A stretch of 64,000 bases of DNA, taken from assembly GCA_937958065.1 (NCBI GenBank), contig CALFXI010000058.1, positions 17,487 through 81,486 on the forward strand, given 5' to 3'. The first letter of the stretch is position 1, and the number at the start of each line of letters is the position of its first letter. This document shows, piece by piece, positions 41,901 to 50,580 of the stretch. The position numbers and the translations under genes were made by a program. The stretch is from an uncultured Steroidobacter sp. GTDB taxonomy: Bacteria; Pseudomonadota; Gammaproteobacteria; Steroidobacterales; Steroidobacteraceae. The notes under the pieces are model-generated. The model was not told the DNA's origin. It saw only the letters and a program-made list of their open reading frames with translations, and did not search any database.

Positions 41901-42128
41901 TTCCTGCGGACCGCAGTCGGCTTTGGGGGCGAGCCCACCTTCGTCGAGCCGTATCAACAGATCGATGCGCGCGCCAGCTTCGCGATTTCGGATCACTTCT
42001 CGGTGTTCGCCGAAGGCGTGAACCTCGGCAACGAAATCCAGCATCGCGTCGGTCGTTACCGCAACCAGATCCTGCTGCTCGAAGAAACCGGACGCCGCTA
42101 CACGATCGGCGTCCGCGCCGAATTCTGA
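38958..42128 (+). CDS. TonB-dependent transducer/receptor with N-terminal STN signalling domain
   Basis: DIPSQGLGLALQSLA...EEALTKLLAGTGL (STN); GKFPDTNIAESLQRITGVSI (glycan-type Xanthomonas/Caulobacter TBDR pattern); ends GVRAEF. Confidence 0.92.
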   Translation: MRVSVAAVCLALMGLSGTAESQAAARKQTDIPSQGLGLALQSLARERSFQLVYVSEEVDTLNTQGAVGELTPEEALTKLLAGTGLTFKYLNEHTVTILPVAPPPPARARPINAEPGEQRVPRISRPWIVKNVRLASAASAVMFGVAGGPAAAQSSAAQQNLEEVVVTGIRSSLRQAMEIKRDSDQIVDSIASESLGKFPDTNIAESLQRITGVSIDRSGGEGQGVTVRGFGPEFNTVLLNGRRLASDTGARSFNFDVLPAELISRVDVYKSATALLQEGGIGSAILLHTPRPLELGDFKSILSAKALYEDLSENTTPEVFGMISDTFADGRIGLLASASYQRRKNRSERILTDGYLTAPRDSMTLIADDLAAQGYAADDQFFIPQNLNVSPVDEDRERINVNATFQYQISDRLRLTVDGMYDQFSVFTEANSLGFFVTPSIITNAQFDEHRTATSITQTIDAAIDFTRSERDRPTDIYAGGLNLAWDVSDSVNVTLDSSWSRARSGGAEGTNVAVVGFRKDIYTLSYGPNGIPTVTGVPAADYVDPSLPVAHFNLRGTGGGPLGGGADLEDRILEHRIEAQWQPEHDVLKRVTVGGYYSEEKQRRDTRLSDNNILCMYCGYFVDIPDELMRPYNVGSGYLGGRVSVPSAWQAFDIDPLLAYLESAEAASARDAAQGLPPGSTLAELAASNGFEIHQRPDSSRVEEEVAALYADASFEGTLARMPWNLTVGARYVRTKTTAFGISQALQDLVNSGDPTLYTTVLGDPVTVSQTNQYNDFLPSLSFRLNVTDDVVLRFAASKTLTRPPLGALSPRLVIGTTRPGNLQASSGNPDLKPFESRNADLSAEWYYQENGFITVGVFYKEVENFLVNTVENRALPIADSDDLFAGYPVFEVSLLDNLESATVKGVEIGVQHSFDYLPGVWRGFGVGANATLVDSGAELNVDDVSQTFALEGLGDSYNVVGFYENGPLEVRVAWNRRERFLRTAVGFGGEPTFVEPYQQIDARASFAISDHFSVFAEGVNLGNEIQHRVGRYRNQILLLEETGRRYTIGVRAEF

Positions 42129-42227
42129 CATCGCCGTAAGCTTCAGGCCGCGGCGAGCGCTCGCGCCCGCCTTCGTTTGCAAAGTCGTTCGATTTGCTGG
42201 ACGCTATCGCGAGCGGGAGCCCGAACG

Positions 42228-43004
42228 ATGAATACCAAGCGCCGGCGAATCGCCTGGCTGATCCTATGTGTGCCGCTGTATGCGGCTTGTTCGATGACCT
42301 ACCTCGGCCAGTCCGGACGCTTGAGCAACAGCGACTGGCGCACGGCCAGTCGTGAGCCCGTCGGCCTTGCCCCGGACCCGGCCACGACCCCCGAAGCCGT
42401 CGTACAGGTGTATGCAGCACGCACCATCAATTGGAAAGGCTACTTCGGCGTGCACACCTGGATCGCCGTGAAGCGCAGCGGCGCCTCCGAATTCACGGTG
42501 CACGAAGTCATCGGCTATCGATTGCGACGAGATGGCACGACGGTCGTGTCACGCGTGCGGGCGCCCGACAGCCGTTGGTTCGGCGCCGAGCCCGACCTGC
42601 TCAGGGATGTTCGCGGTCCCGGCGTCGACGCTTTGATCGATCGCATCGAACTGGCGGTGCAGAACTATCCATACAACGGCACCTATCGCATCTGGCCCGG
42701 ACCGAACTCGAACACCTTCACCGCGTTCGTGCTCCGCGACGTCCCCGAGTTGCGCGTCGACCTGCCGCCCACGGCCATCGGCAAGGATTATCTCGGTCTC
42801 AACCCCGTGGCGCTCACGCCGAGCGGCACCGGCGCTCAACTCAATATGTTCGGCCTGGCGGGCGTCGCCGCCGGTTGGGAAGAAGGCGTGGAACTGAACC
42901 TGTTGGGCCTGACTTTCGGCGTCGATCCGGTGAGCCTGTCGATCAAGCTGCCCCTGCTCGGCCGCATCGGCCCGGACGATCATGAGCCGCGCACGATCGA
43001 GTAG
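42228..43004 (+). CDS. DUF3750-like protein
   Basis: VVQVYAAR..WKGYFGVHTWIAVK, YRIWPGPNSNTF, LPPTAIGKDY, GVELNLLGL.FGVD. Confidence 0.75.
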   Translation: MNTKRRRIAWLILCVPLYAACSMTYLGQSGRLSNSDWRTASREPVGLAPDPATTPEAVVQVYAARTINWKGYFGVHTWIAVKRSGASEFTVHEVIGYRLRRDGTTVVSRVRAPDSRWFGAEPDLLRDVRGPGVDALIDRIELAVQNYPYNGTYRIWPGPNSNTFTAFVLRDVPELRVDLPPTAIGKDYLGLNPVALTPSGTGAQLNMFGLAGVAAGWEEGVELNLLGLTFGVDPVSLSIKLPLLGRIGPDDHEPRTIE

Positions 43005-43058
43005 CCCTGGGCGCTGCGCACGGCCGCCCCCGCATGACCGCGACCGAGCCTGACGCCC

Positions 43059-43484
43059 TCATTTCGCGAACAACTGCCCGATATCCTTGAACGCCTTGAA
43101 TTCCAGCGCGTTGCCGCACGGATCCAGCAGGAACATCGTGGCCTGTTCGCCGGTTTGGCCTGGAAAGCGGATGTGCGGCTCGATCACGAAGTCGATGCCG
43201 AAGGACCGCAATCGATCGGCCAGCGCCTGCCACTGATCCCAGCCGAGCACGACGCCGAAGTGCGGCACCGGCACATCGTGACCGTCGACGGGATTTGTAT
43301 GCGCGCGCTCCTGCGACGGCGTCTTCGGATGCTCGTGAATCACCAGCTGATGACCGAAGAAGTTGAAATCGACCCATTGGGTGCTCGAACGGCCTTCGGC
43401 CAGGCCGAACACTTCGCCATAGAAGCGGCGCGCCGCGGGCAGATCGTGAACGGGAATGGCCAGGTGAAACGGTGCCAGACTCAT
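43059..43484 (-). CDS. VOC/glyoxalase family protein
   Basis: [47 protein letters not shown]. Confidence 0.9.
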   Translation of the reverse strand: MSLAPFHLAIPVHDLPAARRFYGEVFGLAEGRSSTQWVDFNFFGHQLVIHEHPKTPSQERAHTNPVDGHDVPVPHFGVVLGWDQWQALADRLRSFGIDFVIEPHIRFPGQTGEQATMFLLDPCGNALEFKAFKDIGQLFAK

Positions 43485-43613
43485 GACTCGGCGCGGTTGC
43501 GGGAACAAAATTCATCCTAGCCGGCGGGCGCGACAGCAGACAAGAGAAATTCGTTATGCTCGCGGCCAGCCGCGCATCGATGGGCGACCGTCACACCAAC
43601 GAGGGACCTCGAC

Positions 43614-44954
43614 ATGAAGTTTGTCCTCACCTGCCTGACGACCCTGTCGCTGCTCGCCGCCGCCACGCACGCGGCCAGCGCCGACGAATGGCAATCGTTG
43701 TTCGACGGCACCTCGCTGAACGGCTGGCACCTGATCAACGGCTCGGCGAAATACGAAGTGGTCGACGGCGCCATCGTCGGCACGACGCAGGCGGGCTCGC
43801 CCAACAGTTTTCTCGCGACCGAGCGGCGCTTCGACGATTTCATCCTGGAATTCGAGGTCAAACAAACGGTCGGGCCGAGCAACAGCGGCGTGCAGTTCCG
43901 CAGCCAGAGCAACCCGGAAGTGATGCAAGGCCGCGTGCGTGGCCCGCAGATGGACCTGGATCCGTCCGAGCGCCAGTGGACCGGCGGGCTGTACGATGAA
44001 GCCGTGAGCGGCTGGTGGTATCCGGGCACGCTCAATCCCCAGCCCGGGCTGTACAGATTCGACGAATGGAATCACATCCGCATCGAGGCCGTCGGCCCGT
44101 CGCTGCGCACCTGGGTCAATGGCCAGCTGTCGGCGTACGTGCTCGATGCGACCTATAAAGAAGGTTTCATCGCGCTGCAGGTTCATTCCATCGACAAGCC
44201 CGACGAAGCCGGCCGCAAGATTCACTGGCGCAAGCTGCGCATCAAGGAACATCCGGTCGCCTCGCCCGCCGCCGCGACCATCTTCGTTCGTAACAACCTG
44301 CCCAACGATCTGAGCGAGGTCGAACGCAGGCAGGGCTGGCAGCTGCTCTGGGACGGCAGCTCCATGAGCGGCTGGCGCAGCGCCAGGCGCGACGCCCCGC
44401 CCACGCATGGCTGGCGGATCAAGGACGGAGAGCTGATCGTCACCGGCAGCGGTGGCGGCGACATCGTCACCCGGCAGACATTCCAGGCATTCGAGCTGCA
44501 GCTGGACTTCAAGCTCACGCCGGGCGCGAACAGCGGCATCAAATATTACGTGGCCGACTATGGCACGGACAGCGCGGTGGGCCTGGAATATCAGCTGCTC
44601 GATGACGAACGTCACGGCGATGCGAAGCAAGGCAAGGATGGCAATCGCACGCTCGCATCGCTGTACGATATCCAGCCGCGCGAAAGGCTGATGTCCAATC
44701 TCGGGATCGCGCCGAAAGTCGGCGAATGGCAGCATGCACGCATCGTCGCAAGGCCGGACGGCACCGTCGAGCACTGGCTCAACGGCGTGAAGGTGCTGAG
44801 CTATCAGCGCGGCTCGCAGGATTTCCAGCGCCGGGTCGCCGACAGCAAGTTCAAGGACATCGCCGGCTTCGGCCAGCTGGAACGAGGCCGGATTCTGCTG
44901 CAGGATCACGGCGACGAGGTCCGTTTCCGCAGCATCAAAATCCGCACGCTTTAG
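43614..44954 (+). CDS. Tandem DUF1080 (3-keto-disaccharide hydrolase/hydratase-like) secreted protein
   Basis: Two repeats of W..LFDG.SL.GW / NSG / EWNH.RI or EWQHARI / G.IALQ.H or GRILLQDHG. Confidence 0.9.
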   Translation: MKFVLTCLTTLSLLAAATHAASADEWQSLFDGTSLNGWHLINGSAKYEVVDGAIVGTTQAGSPNSFLATERRFDDFILEFEVKQTVGPSNSGVQFRSQSNPEVMQGRVRGPQMDLDPSERQWTGGLYDEAVSGWWYPGTLNPQPGLYRFDEWNHIRIEAVGPSLRTWVNGQLSAYVLDATYKEGFIALQVHSIDKPDEAGRKIHWRKLRIKEHPVASPAAATIFVRNNLPNDLSEVERRQGWQLLWDGSSMSGWRSARRDAPPTHGWRIKDGELIVTGSGGGDIVTRQTFQAFELQLDFKLTPGANSGIKYYVADYGTDSAVGLEYQLLDDERHGDAKQGKDGNRTLASLYDIQPRERLMSNLGIAPKVGEWQHARIVARPDGTVEHWLNGVKVLSYQRGSQDFQRRVADSKFKDIAGFGQLERGRILLQDHGDEVRFRSIKIRTL

Positions 44955-44963
44955 GAACGAGCG

Positions 44964-46112
44964 ATGAGCAACACCGATCGACGCACTTTTCTGCAATCCG
45001 CCGGCCTGGCAGGGATCGCTTCCTCCATGTCATCGACCGCGCTCGCGCAGAGCACGCCCGCGCGCGAAAAAGCAAAGACCGAGCCGCCCGCGAGCAAACA
45101 TTCCATTCGCTTCGGCGTGATCGGCCTCGATCATGCGCACATTTACAGCATGACCGCCGCCGTGCAACGAGGCGGTGGCCAGCTGGTGGCCGTTTACGGC
45201 TCGGACCCGAAACAGATCGCCGATTTTCGCGCGAAGTTCGGCGACGTGAAGGTCGCACGCAGCGAACACGAGATCATCGAGGACAAGTCCATTCAGCTGA
45301 TTGCCGGTGCGCCCATTCCCGATCAGCGCGCACCGCTCGGCATTCGCGCCATGCGAGCGGGCAAGGATTACCTGGCGGACAAGCCCGGCATCGTCACGCT
45401 GGAACAGCTCGCCGAGGTACGCCGGACGATCGAGGCAACCGGTCGAAAATTCGCGATCATGTATTCGGAACGATTGGAAGTCCGCTCGGCCGTATATGCA
45501 GGCGAGCTGATTCGCCAGGGTGCGATCGGTCGCGTCATTCAGACCGTCAATCTCGCGCCTCATCGCGTGAATGCGCCGTCGCGCCCGGACTGGTTCTGGG
45601 ACAAGGCGCGCTACGGCGGCATCCTCACCGATATCGGCTCGCATCAGGCCGATCAGTTTCTGTACTACACGAACAGCACCCAGGCGCGCGTCGTCGCGGC
45701 CCAGACGGGCAACCTGGCGCATCCCAACCATCCGAAGTTCGAAGACTTCGGCGACATGATGGTGACCGGCAACGGCGGCACCGGCTACGTGCGAGTCGAT
45801 TGGTACACGCCGGACGGCTTGAGCACCTGGGGCGACGGGCGTTTGTTCATCCTGGGCACCGAGGGCTACATCGAGCTGCGCAAATACATCAACGTCGCAT
45901 CGGGGTTGTCGGGAGGCGATCACCTGTACATCGTCGATCGCAAACAGGCGCGCTACATCGATTGCAAGGACGTGGCCCTGCCGTTCGGGCCGCAATTCGT
46001 CACCGACATCGTCGAACGCACGCAGACGGCGCAGGACCAGAAACAGGCGCTGCTGGCCGCCGAGCTGGTGCTGACCGCGCAGAGGGACGCCACCCGCCCG
46101 ACCCTGAGCTGA
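44964..46112 (+). CDS. Tat-exported Gfo/Idh/MocA oxidoreductase
   Basis: DRRTFL; FGVIGLDHAH, DYLADKP, GGILTDIGSHQAD. Confidence 0.88.
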   Translation: MSNTDRRTFLQSAGLAGIASSMSSTALAQSTPAREKAKTEPPASKHSIRFGVIGLDHAHIYSMTAAVQRGGGQLVAVYGSDPKQIADFRAKFGDVKVARSEHEIIEDKSIQLIAGAPIPDQRAPLGIRAMRAGKDYLADKPGIVTLEQLAEVRRTIEATGRKFAIMYSERLEVRSAVYAGELIRQGAIGRVIQTVNLAPHRVNAPSRPDWFWDKARYGGILTDIGSHQADQFLYYTNSTQARVVAAQTGNLAHPNHPKFEDFGDMMVTGNGGTGYVRVDWYTPDGLSTWGDGRLFILGTEGYIELRKYINVASGLSGGDHLYIVDRKQARYIDCKDVALPFGPQFVTDIVERTQTAQDQKQALLAAELVLTAQRDATRPTLS

Positions 46113-46116
46113 AAAT

Positions 46117-46194
46117 TGGCCTGACCACGTTAGCGATCCCAACACCGCATTGACAGGCTCGCCCGGCTGATCTAACAATCCACTGGTCAGGCCA
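46117..46194 (+). promoter_or_regulatory. sigma70-like promoter bracketed by two inverted FadR/GntR-type operators
   Basis: TGGCCTGACCA (46117-46127) and its reverse complement TGGTCAGGCCA (46184-46194) flank TTGACA-N17-TAACAA (46150-46178). Confidence 0.65.
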
Positions 46195-46351
46195 CTTTCC
46201 CATGCCGAAGGTGGCCCGGTCAGGGGGAATCTCCGGTCAGCGATGTCGCTTCGAAAGGCGGCACGGCCGCGCTCGCCCGCGGCAAACCACAACTTCCTCC
46301 TGAAGCGATTCGGCCCTGCACGTCGTGGTCCACGAACTGGGAGGAGCTGAA

Positions 46352-49189
46352 ATGGCAAGCATCACGTCGGCCAGCGCGGGAGTGTTGTCTTTGTGTCTGA
46401 GCACCGCCGCCTTCGCCCAGCAAACATCCGGCGAAGGTCAGCTCGAAGAAGTCGTCGTCACCGGCTTTCGCGAGAGTCTCGAAGTCTCGCTCGCGGCCAA
46501 GCGCGATTCGGTGAACTTCACCGATTCCATCTCCGCCGAGGATGTCGGCAAGCTGCCGGACAACAATCTCGCCGAAGCCCTGCAGCGGGTGCCTGGCGTG
46601 CAGATCTCCCGCACCAACGGCGAAGGCCAGCAGATCTCGCTGCGTGGCATGGGACCGAGCTTCGCTCGCGTCCTGCTCGATGGCATGCCGGTCTCGGCGG
46701 CGTCCGAGGGCAGCGTCGATCAGCAAGCACGCAATCGCGAGTTCGATTTCGATCTGCTGCCCTCGGAAATCTTCAGCATGCTGCAGGTTTCTAAAACACC
46801 GACGGCGAGCACCGTCGAAGGCGGCCTGGCAGGCACGGTAGATCTGCGCACGCCGCGCCCGTTCGACTACAACGGTTTCCAGGCGAGCTATCAGCTGCAA
46901 GCCATGTATCAGTCCTCGTCCGAGGAAGTCGATCCGCGCGGCAGCTTTCTCGTCAGCAAGAATTGGGATGGCAAGTTCGGCGCGCTGCTGAGCGTTTCCA
47001 TGTCGCAACGAACTTTCCGCACCGATGGCTGGAGCTCGCAAGGCTGGACATCGGGGCGCGTGCCGGGCAATCCAGCGACGCCGACCGACCTCTACCAGGC
47101 GGGTTTCGACTGGAACCTGCCGAGCGTCAGCGCCTCGAGCGCCAATCAGAGCCCCGACTTCGTCAATGAATCGGGCTTGACCAACGCACAGCTCGCCAAC
47201 ACGCAGTTGCCGCGGCTCGGGCGGCCCGAAGTGCAACTCGGCGATCGCGACCGCATCGGCGGCACGCTGGCCTTGCAATGGGCGCCGAGCGACCGGCTGC
47301 TGTTCAACCTGGATGTGATCTACGCCAAGCTGGAATCCGAGTTCGATCGTTACACCAACAATCTGCTGGTGAGAAACACCAACCTGCAAACCGCGGGACC
47401 GACCGGCTTCGGCTACATCACGCCCAGCAACTTCTCGATCGACGAGAACAACACGCTGACCCACGGCACGCTGCTCAACGCCAAATTCTGGTCGGAAAAT
47501 CGCCTGTTCGAACAGGAGTCCGACTTCAAGCACATCGGCCTGGGCGGCTCCTGGCAGATCACGGACAACATCGGCCTGGACGTGAAAGCGTCCAAGGCGG
47601 AATCCGACTTCCGCTGGCGCATGACCACCTACCTGTTCCTGTCGCGCCCGGGCACGGTCGACATCGACGTGCCCGGTAACGGCATTCCCGTCATCGCCCC
47701 GCAGCTCGACCTGACCGACGTCGGCAACTGGCAGTTCGACACCGTGCGCGTGCAGCCCCGCACCCGCGAGGAAGAAAATGAAAACCTCGCGCTCGATCTC
47801 AAATTCGGCGACGACGAACGGAACATTCGAGTCGGCGCGCTGGCCAACAAGTTCTTCCGCGAACGCCTCACCTACTCCTCGTCCGTCGGCGTGACGCAAG
47901 GCACCGCCCTGACACCCTTTGGCTATACCGGCGGCGCGAATCTCAACCAGTTCAACATCGCCAGCTTCGCCAGGGTGGTGCCAGTGAACTATGGCGAACA
48001 CTTCGACCGGCCGGCCGGCTACAGCCGCTGGATCGTGAGCGACCTCGATGCGTTCAGCCGGATGTTGAATCCGAACGCGCTGGACGCCGCCGCCAATCTG
48101 GATTTCCAGAATTCCGGCAGCTTCGAAGAGCAGAACCTGTCGGCCTACATCGAAGCGAACACAGCATTGGACCTGTGGGGCCGCACCCTGCGCGTCAACG
48201 CCGGCGTGCGCTACGTGCAGACCGAGCACGAGATGGCTGGCTTCATCCGCGTGCCCTCCACGCCGCCGGCGGCGAACAATCTGTTCGGTCTGCGCAAGCA
48301 AGACTACGGCCGCAACGTCATCGACGGCGATTATTCCGAAGTGCTGCCGTCGCTGAACCTCGCGTATGACATCGGCGACTCGGTGCTGGCTCGTTTCTCG
48401 CTGTCACGAGCGCTGACCCGACCCAACCCCGCGGACTTGCAGCCGTTCACTTCCATCAGCACCGCCGGCGTGGTCTCCCAGGGCAATCCGAACCTGGATC
48501 CCTACATTTCCGATCAACTCGACGGCGGCCTGGAATGGTACTTCTCCGAAGGCGCGGTGTTGGGCGGCAATCTGTTCTACAAGGAAATCACCGGCTTCGT
48601 GCAGCGGCGGAATATCCCGCAGCCGTTCCGCAACGCCGGCATCGCGCTCGATACCATCACCGATCCGACCATCCTCGCGCTGTTGCCGAATGGACTCGAC
48701 ACGATCCTGTTGTTCAACACGCCGGTGAACATCGAAGCGACCACGTATCTGAAGGGCCTGGAACTGCTGTACCAGCAACGTCTCGACAACCTGCTGGAAG
48801 GCTCGGGCGTCACGCTGAACTACACGCGCCTGGATTCCGGCAGCCAGGTCGTCCTCGGCCTGGCGAAGCACAACCTCAACGCCGTTGCGTACTATGAACA
48901 GGAGCGCTTCGCCCTGCGCCTGAGTTACAACTATCGCTACGACTACGTGGAATGCGAGAACAACTGCGGCTCGACCTCGCCGCAGACCGGCTTCCGGCTC
49001 CAGGCGGGTTATCTGGACTTCAACGGCAGCGTAAGCTTCACGGCGCTCGGTCAGGACCTGACGCTGAGCCTGGAAGTGCTCAATCTCATCGACGAGGAAG
49101 AGTATTCGTTCTACGGTTATGAGAACCGTGCGAATACATTGAACAAACCCGGCCGCCAGTTCATTCTGGGGATTCGCGGCCAGTTCTAG
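46352..49189 (+). CDS. TonB-dependent receptor (glycan-type)
   Basis: LEEVVVTGFR, DVGKLPDNNLAEALQRVPGVQI, ends ILGIRGQF; GGAGG RBS. Confidence 0.93.
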   Translation: MASITSASAGVLSLCLSTAAFAQQTSGEGQLEEVVVTGFRESLEVSLAAKRDSVNFTDSISAEDVGKLPDNNLAEALQRVPGVQISRTNGEGQQISLRGMGPSFARVLLDGMPVSAASEGSVDQQARNREFDFDLLPSEIFSMLQVSKTPTASTVEGGLAGTVDLRTPRPFDYNGFQASYQLQAMYQSSSEEVDPRGSFLVSKNWDGKFGALLSVSMSQRTFRTDGWSSQGWTSGRVPGNPATPTDLYQAGFDWNLPSVSASSANQSPDFVNESGLTNAQLANTQLPRLGRPEVQLGDRDRIGGTLALQWAPSDRLLFNLDVIYAKLESEFDRYTNNLLVRNTNLQTAGPTGFGYITPSNFSIDENNTLTHGTLLNAKFWSENRLFEQESDFKHIGLGGSWQITDNIGLDVKASKAESDFRWRMTTYLFLSRPGTVDIDVPGNGIPVIAPQLDLTDVGNWQFDTVRVQPRTREEENENLALDLKFGDDERNIRVGALANKFFRERLTYSSSVGVTQGTALTPFGYTGGANLNQFNIASFARVVPVNYGEHFDRPAGYSRWIVSDLDAFSRMLNPNALDAAANLDFQNSGSFEEQNLSAYIEANTALDLWGRTLRVNAGVRYVQTEHEMAGFIRVPSTPPAANNLFGLRKQDYGRNVIDGDYSEVLPSLNLAYDIGDSVLARFSLSRALTRPNPADLQPFTSISTAGVVSQGNPNLDPYISDQLDGGLEWYFSEGAVLGGNLFYKEITGFVQRRNIPQPFRNAGIALDTITDPTILALLPNGLDTILLFNTPVNIEATTYLKGLELLYQQRLDNLLEGSGVTLNYTRLDSGSQVVLGLAKHNLNAVAYYEQERFALRLSYNYRYDYVECENNCGSTSPQTGFRLQAGYLDFNGSVSFTALGQDLTLSLEVLNLIDEEEYSFYGYENRANTLNKPGRQFILGIRGQF

Positions 49190-49198
49190 GAAGATGAC

Positions 49199-50572
49199 AT
49201 GCGACCACGACACCCTGCGAGCTCTCTTTCCCGCCGGACCTTTGGCAAGACACTGATGGGGTTGTCGTTGCCGCTGATATTGCCCAGCCGCTTGCTGGGC
49301 GCCGATGCACCCAGCAATCGCATCCGGGTCGGGCAGATCGGCTGCGGCCGGATCGCGCGCGACCATGACATGCCCGGCGTGTTGAAGTCCGGGCTCGCCG
49401 ACATCGTCGCGGTTTGCGACGTCGATGCAAATCGCGCGGCCCAGGGCAAGACACGCGTCGAGGAGCTGTATCGCGAGATCAATGCGCCGCTGCCGACCGT
49501 CAGCGTGCACGCCGATTACCGCGAAATCCTGCAGCGTAAGGACATCGACGCTGTCGTGATCAGCACCCCGGATCATCAGCACGCCGAGCCGGCGCTGGCG
49601 GCGATATTGGCAGGCAAGGATGTTTATTTGCAGAAACCCTTCACGATGACCATCGCGGAAGGCAAGGTGCTGCTGGATGCAGTGGAACGCAGCAGGCGCA
49701 TCCTGCAGGTCGGCAGCCAGCAACGTTCGTGGCAGCAGTTCCGTCAGGCCGCCGAACTGGTCCGCTCCGGGCGCATCGGGCAGGTGCGCAGCGTCGAGAT
49801 CGGCTTGCCCATCGATCCCACCGCGCCAGACGATCCGGCGCAGCCGGTGCCGAAAGAGTTGGATTTCGATCGATGGATCGGACCGGCCGAGTTTGCTTAT
49901 TACACCGAGCAGCGCGTGCATCCGCGCTCGGGCTACTCGCGGCCCGGCTGGCTGCGTAATGAATCGTTCTGTCTCGGCATGATCACCGGCTGGGGCTCGC
50001 ATCATTACGACACCATGCATTGGGCGCTCGATCTGGAATCGAGCGGTCCCTCACGCGTCGAAGGCACCGCGGAGTTTCCGACAAACAAGATCTGGAACGT
50101 GCATGGCGCCTATGACGTGAAGCTCACCTATCCGGGCAACATCCGCGTGCATGTTTCCGACAAGAATCCGAATGGCCTGAAGTTCGTCGGCGACGACGGC
50201 TGGATCTGGGTCACCCGCGACGGCCAGGCCACCGCCAGCGATCCCAAATCCGGACAGACCCTGCCGCCGCTCGACGCAAGCGACAAACGCCTGCTCGATC
50301 CGAAGGGTTTGAAGGTCGAACTGCCTCGTAGCGACAGTCATCACAAGAACTGGCTGGAGAGCGTGCGCTCGCGCAAGGAGCCGCTCGCTCCCGCGCACAT
50401 CGCTCATCGCAGCGGCAGTGCGTGCATCGTCAGCTGGATCGCGATGAAGCTGCAGCGGCCGCTCACCTGGGATGTGAAATCCGAAAGCTTCCTGAACGAC
50501 GCCGAAGCCAACAAATGGCTGTCCCGTCCCGAGCGCGCCCCGTACGGCGTGACGCGATTGATCAAGAGCTGA
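49199..50572 (+). CDS. Tat-exported Gfo/Idh/MocA oxidoreductase
   Basis: SRRTF; IRVGQIGCG, VISTPDHQHA, DVYLQKP, QVGSQQRS, GMITGWGSHH.D. Confidence 0.9.
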   Translation: MRPRHPASSLSRRTFGKTLMGLSLPLILPSRLLGADAPSNRIRVGQIGCGRIARDHDMPGVLKSGLADIVAVCDVDANRAAQGKTRVEELYREINAPLPTVSVHADYREILQRKDIDAVVISTPDHQHAEPALAAILAGKDVYLQKPFTMTIAEGKVLLDAVERSRRILQVGSQQRSWQQFRQAAELVRSGRIGQVRSVEIGLPIDPTAPDDPAQPVPKELDFDRWIGPAEFAYYTEQRVHPRSGYSRPGWLRNESFCLGMITGWGSHHYDTMHWALDLESSGPSRVEGTAEFPTNKIWNVHGAYDVKLTYPGNIRVHVSDKNPNGLKFVGDDGWIWVTRDGQATASDPKSGQTLPPLDASDKRLLDPKGLKVELPRSDSHHKNWLESVRSRKEPLAPAHIAHRSGSACIVSWIAMKLQRPLTWDVKSESFLNDAEANKWLSRPERAPYGVTRLIKS

Positions 50573-50580
50573 GCGGCATC

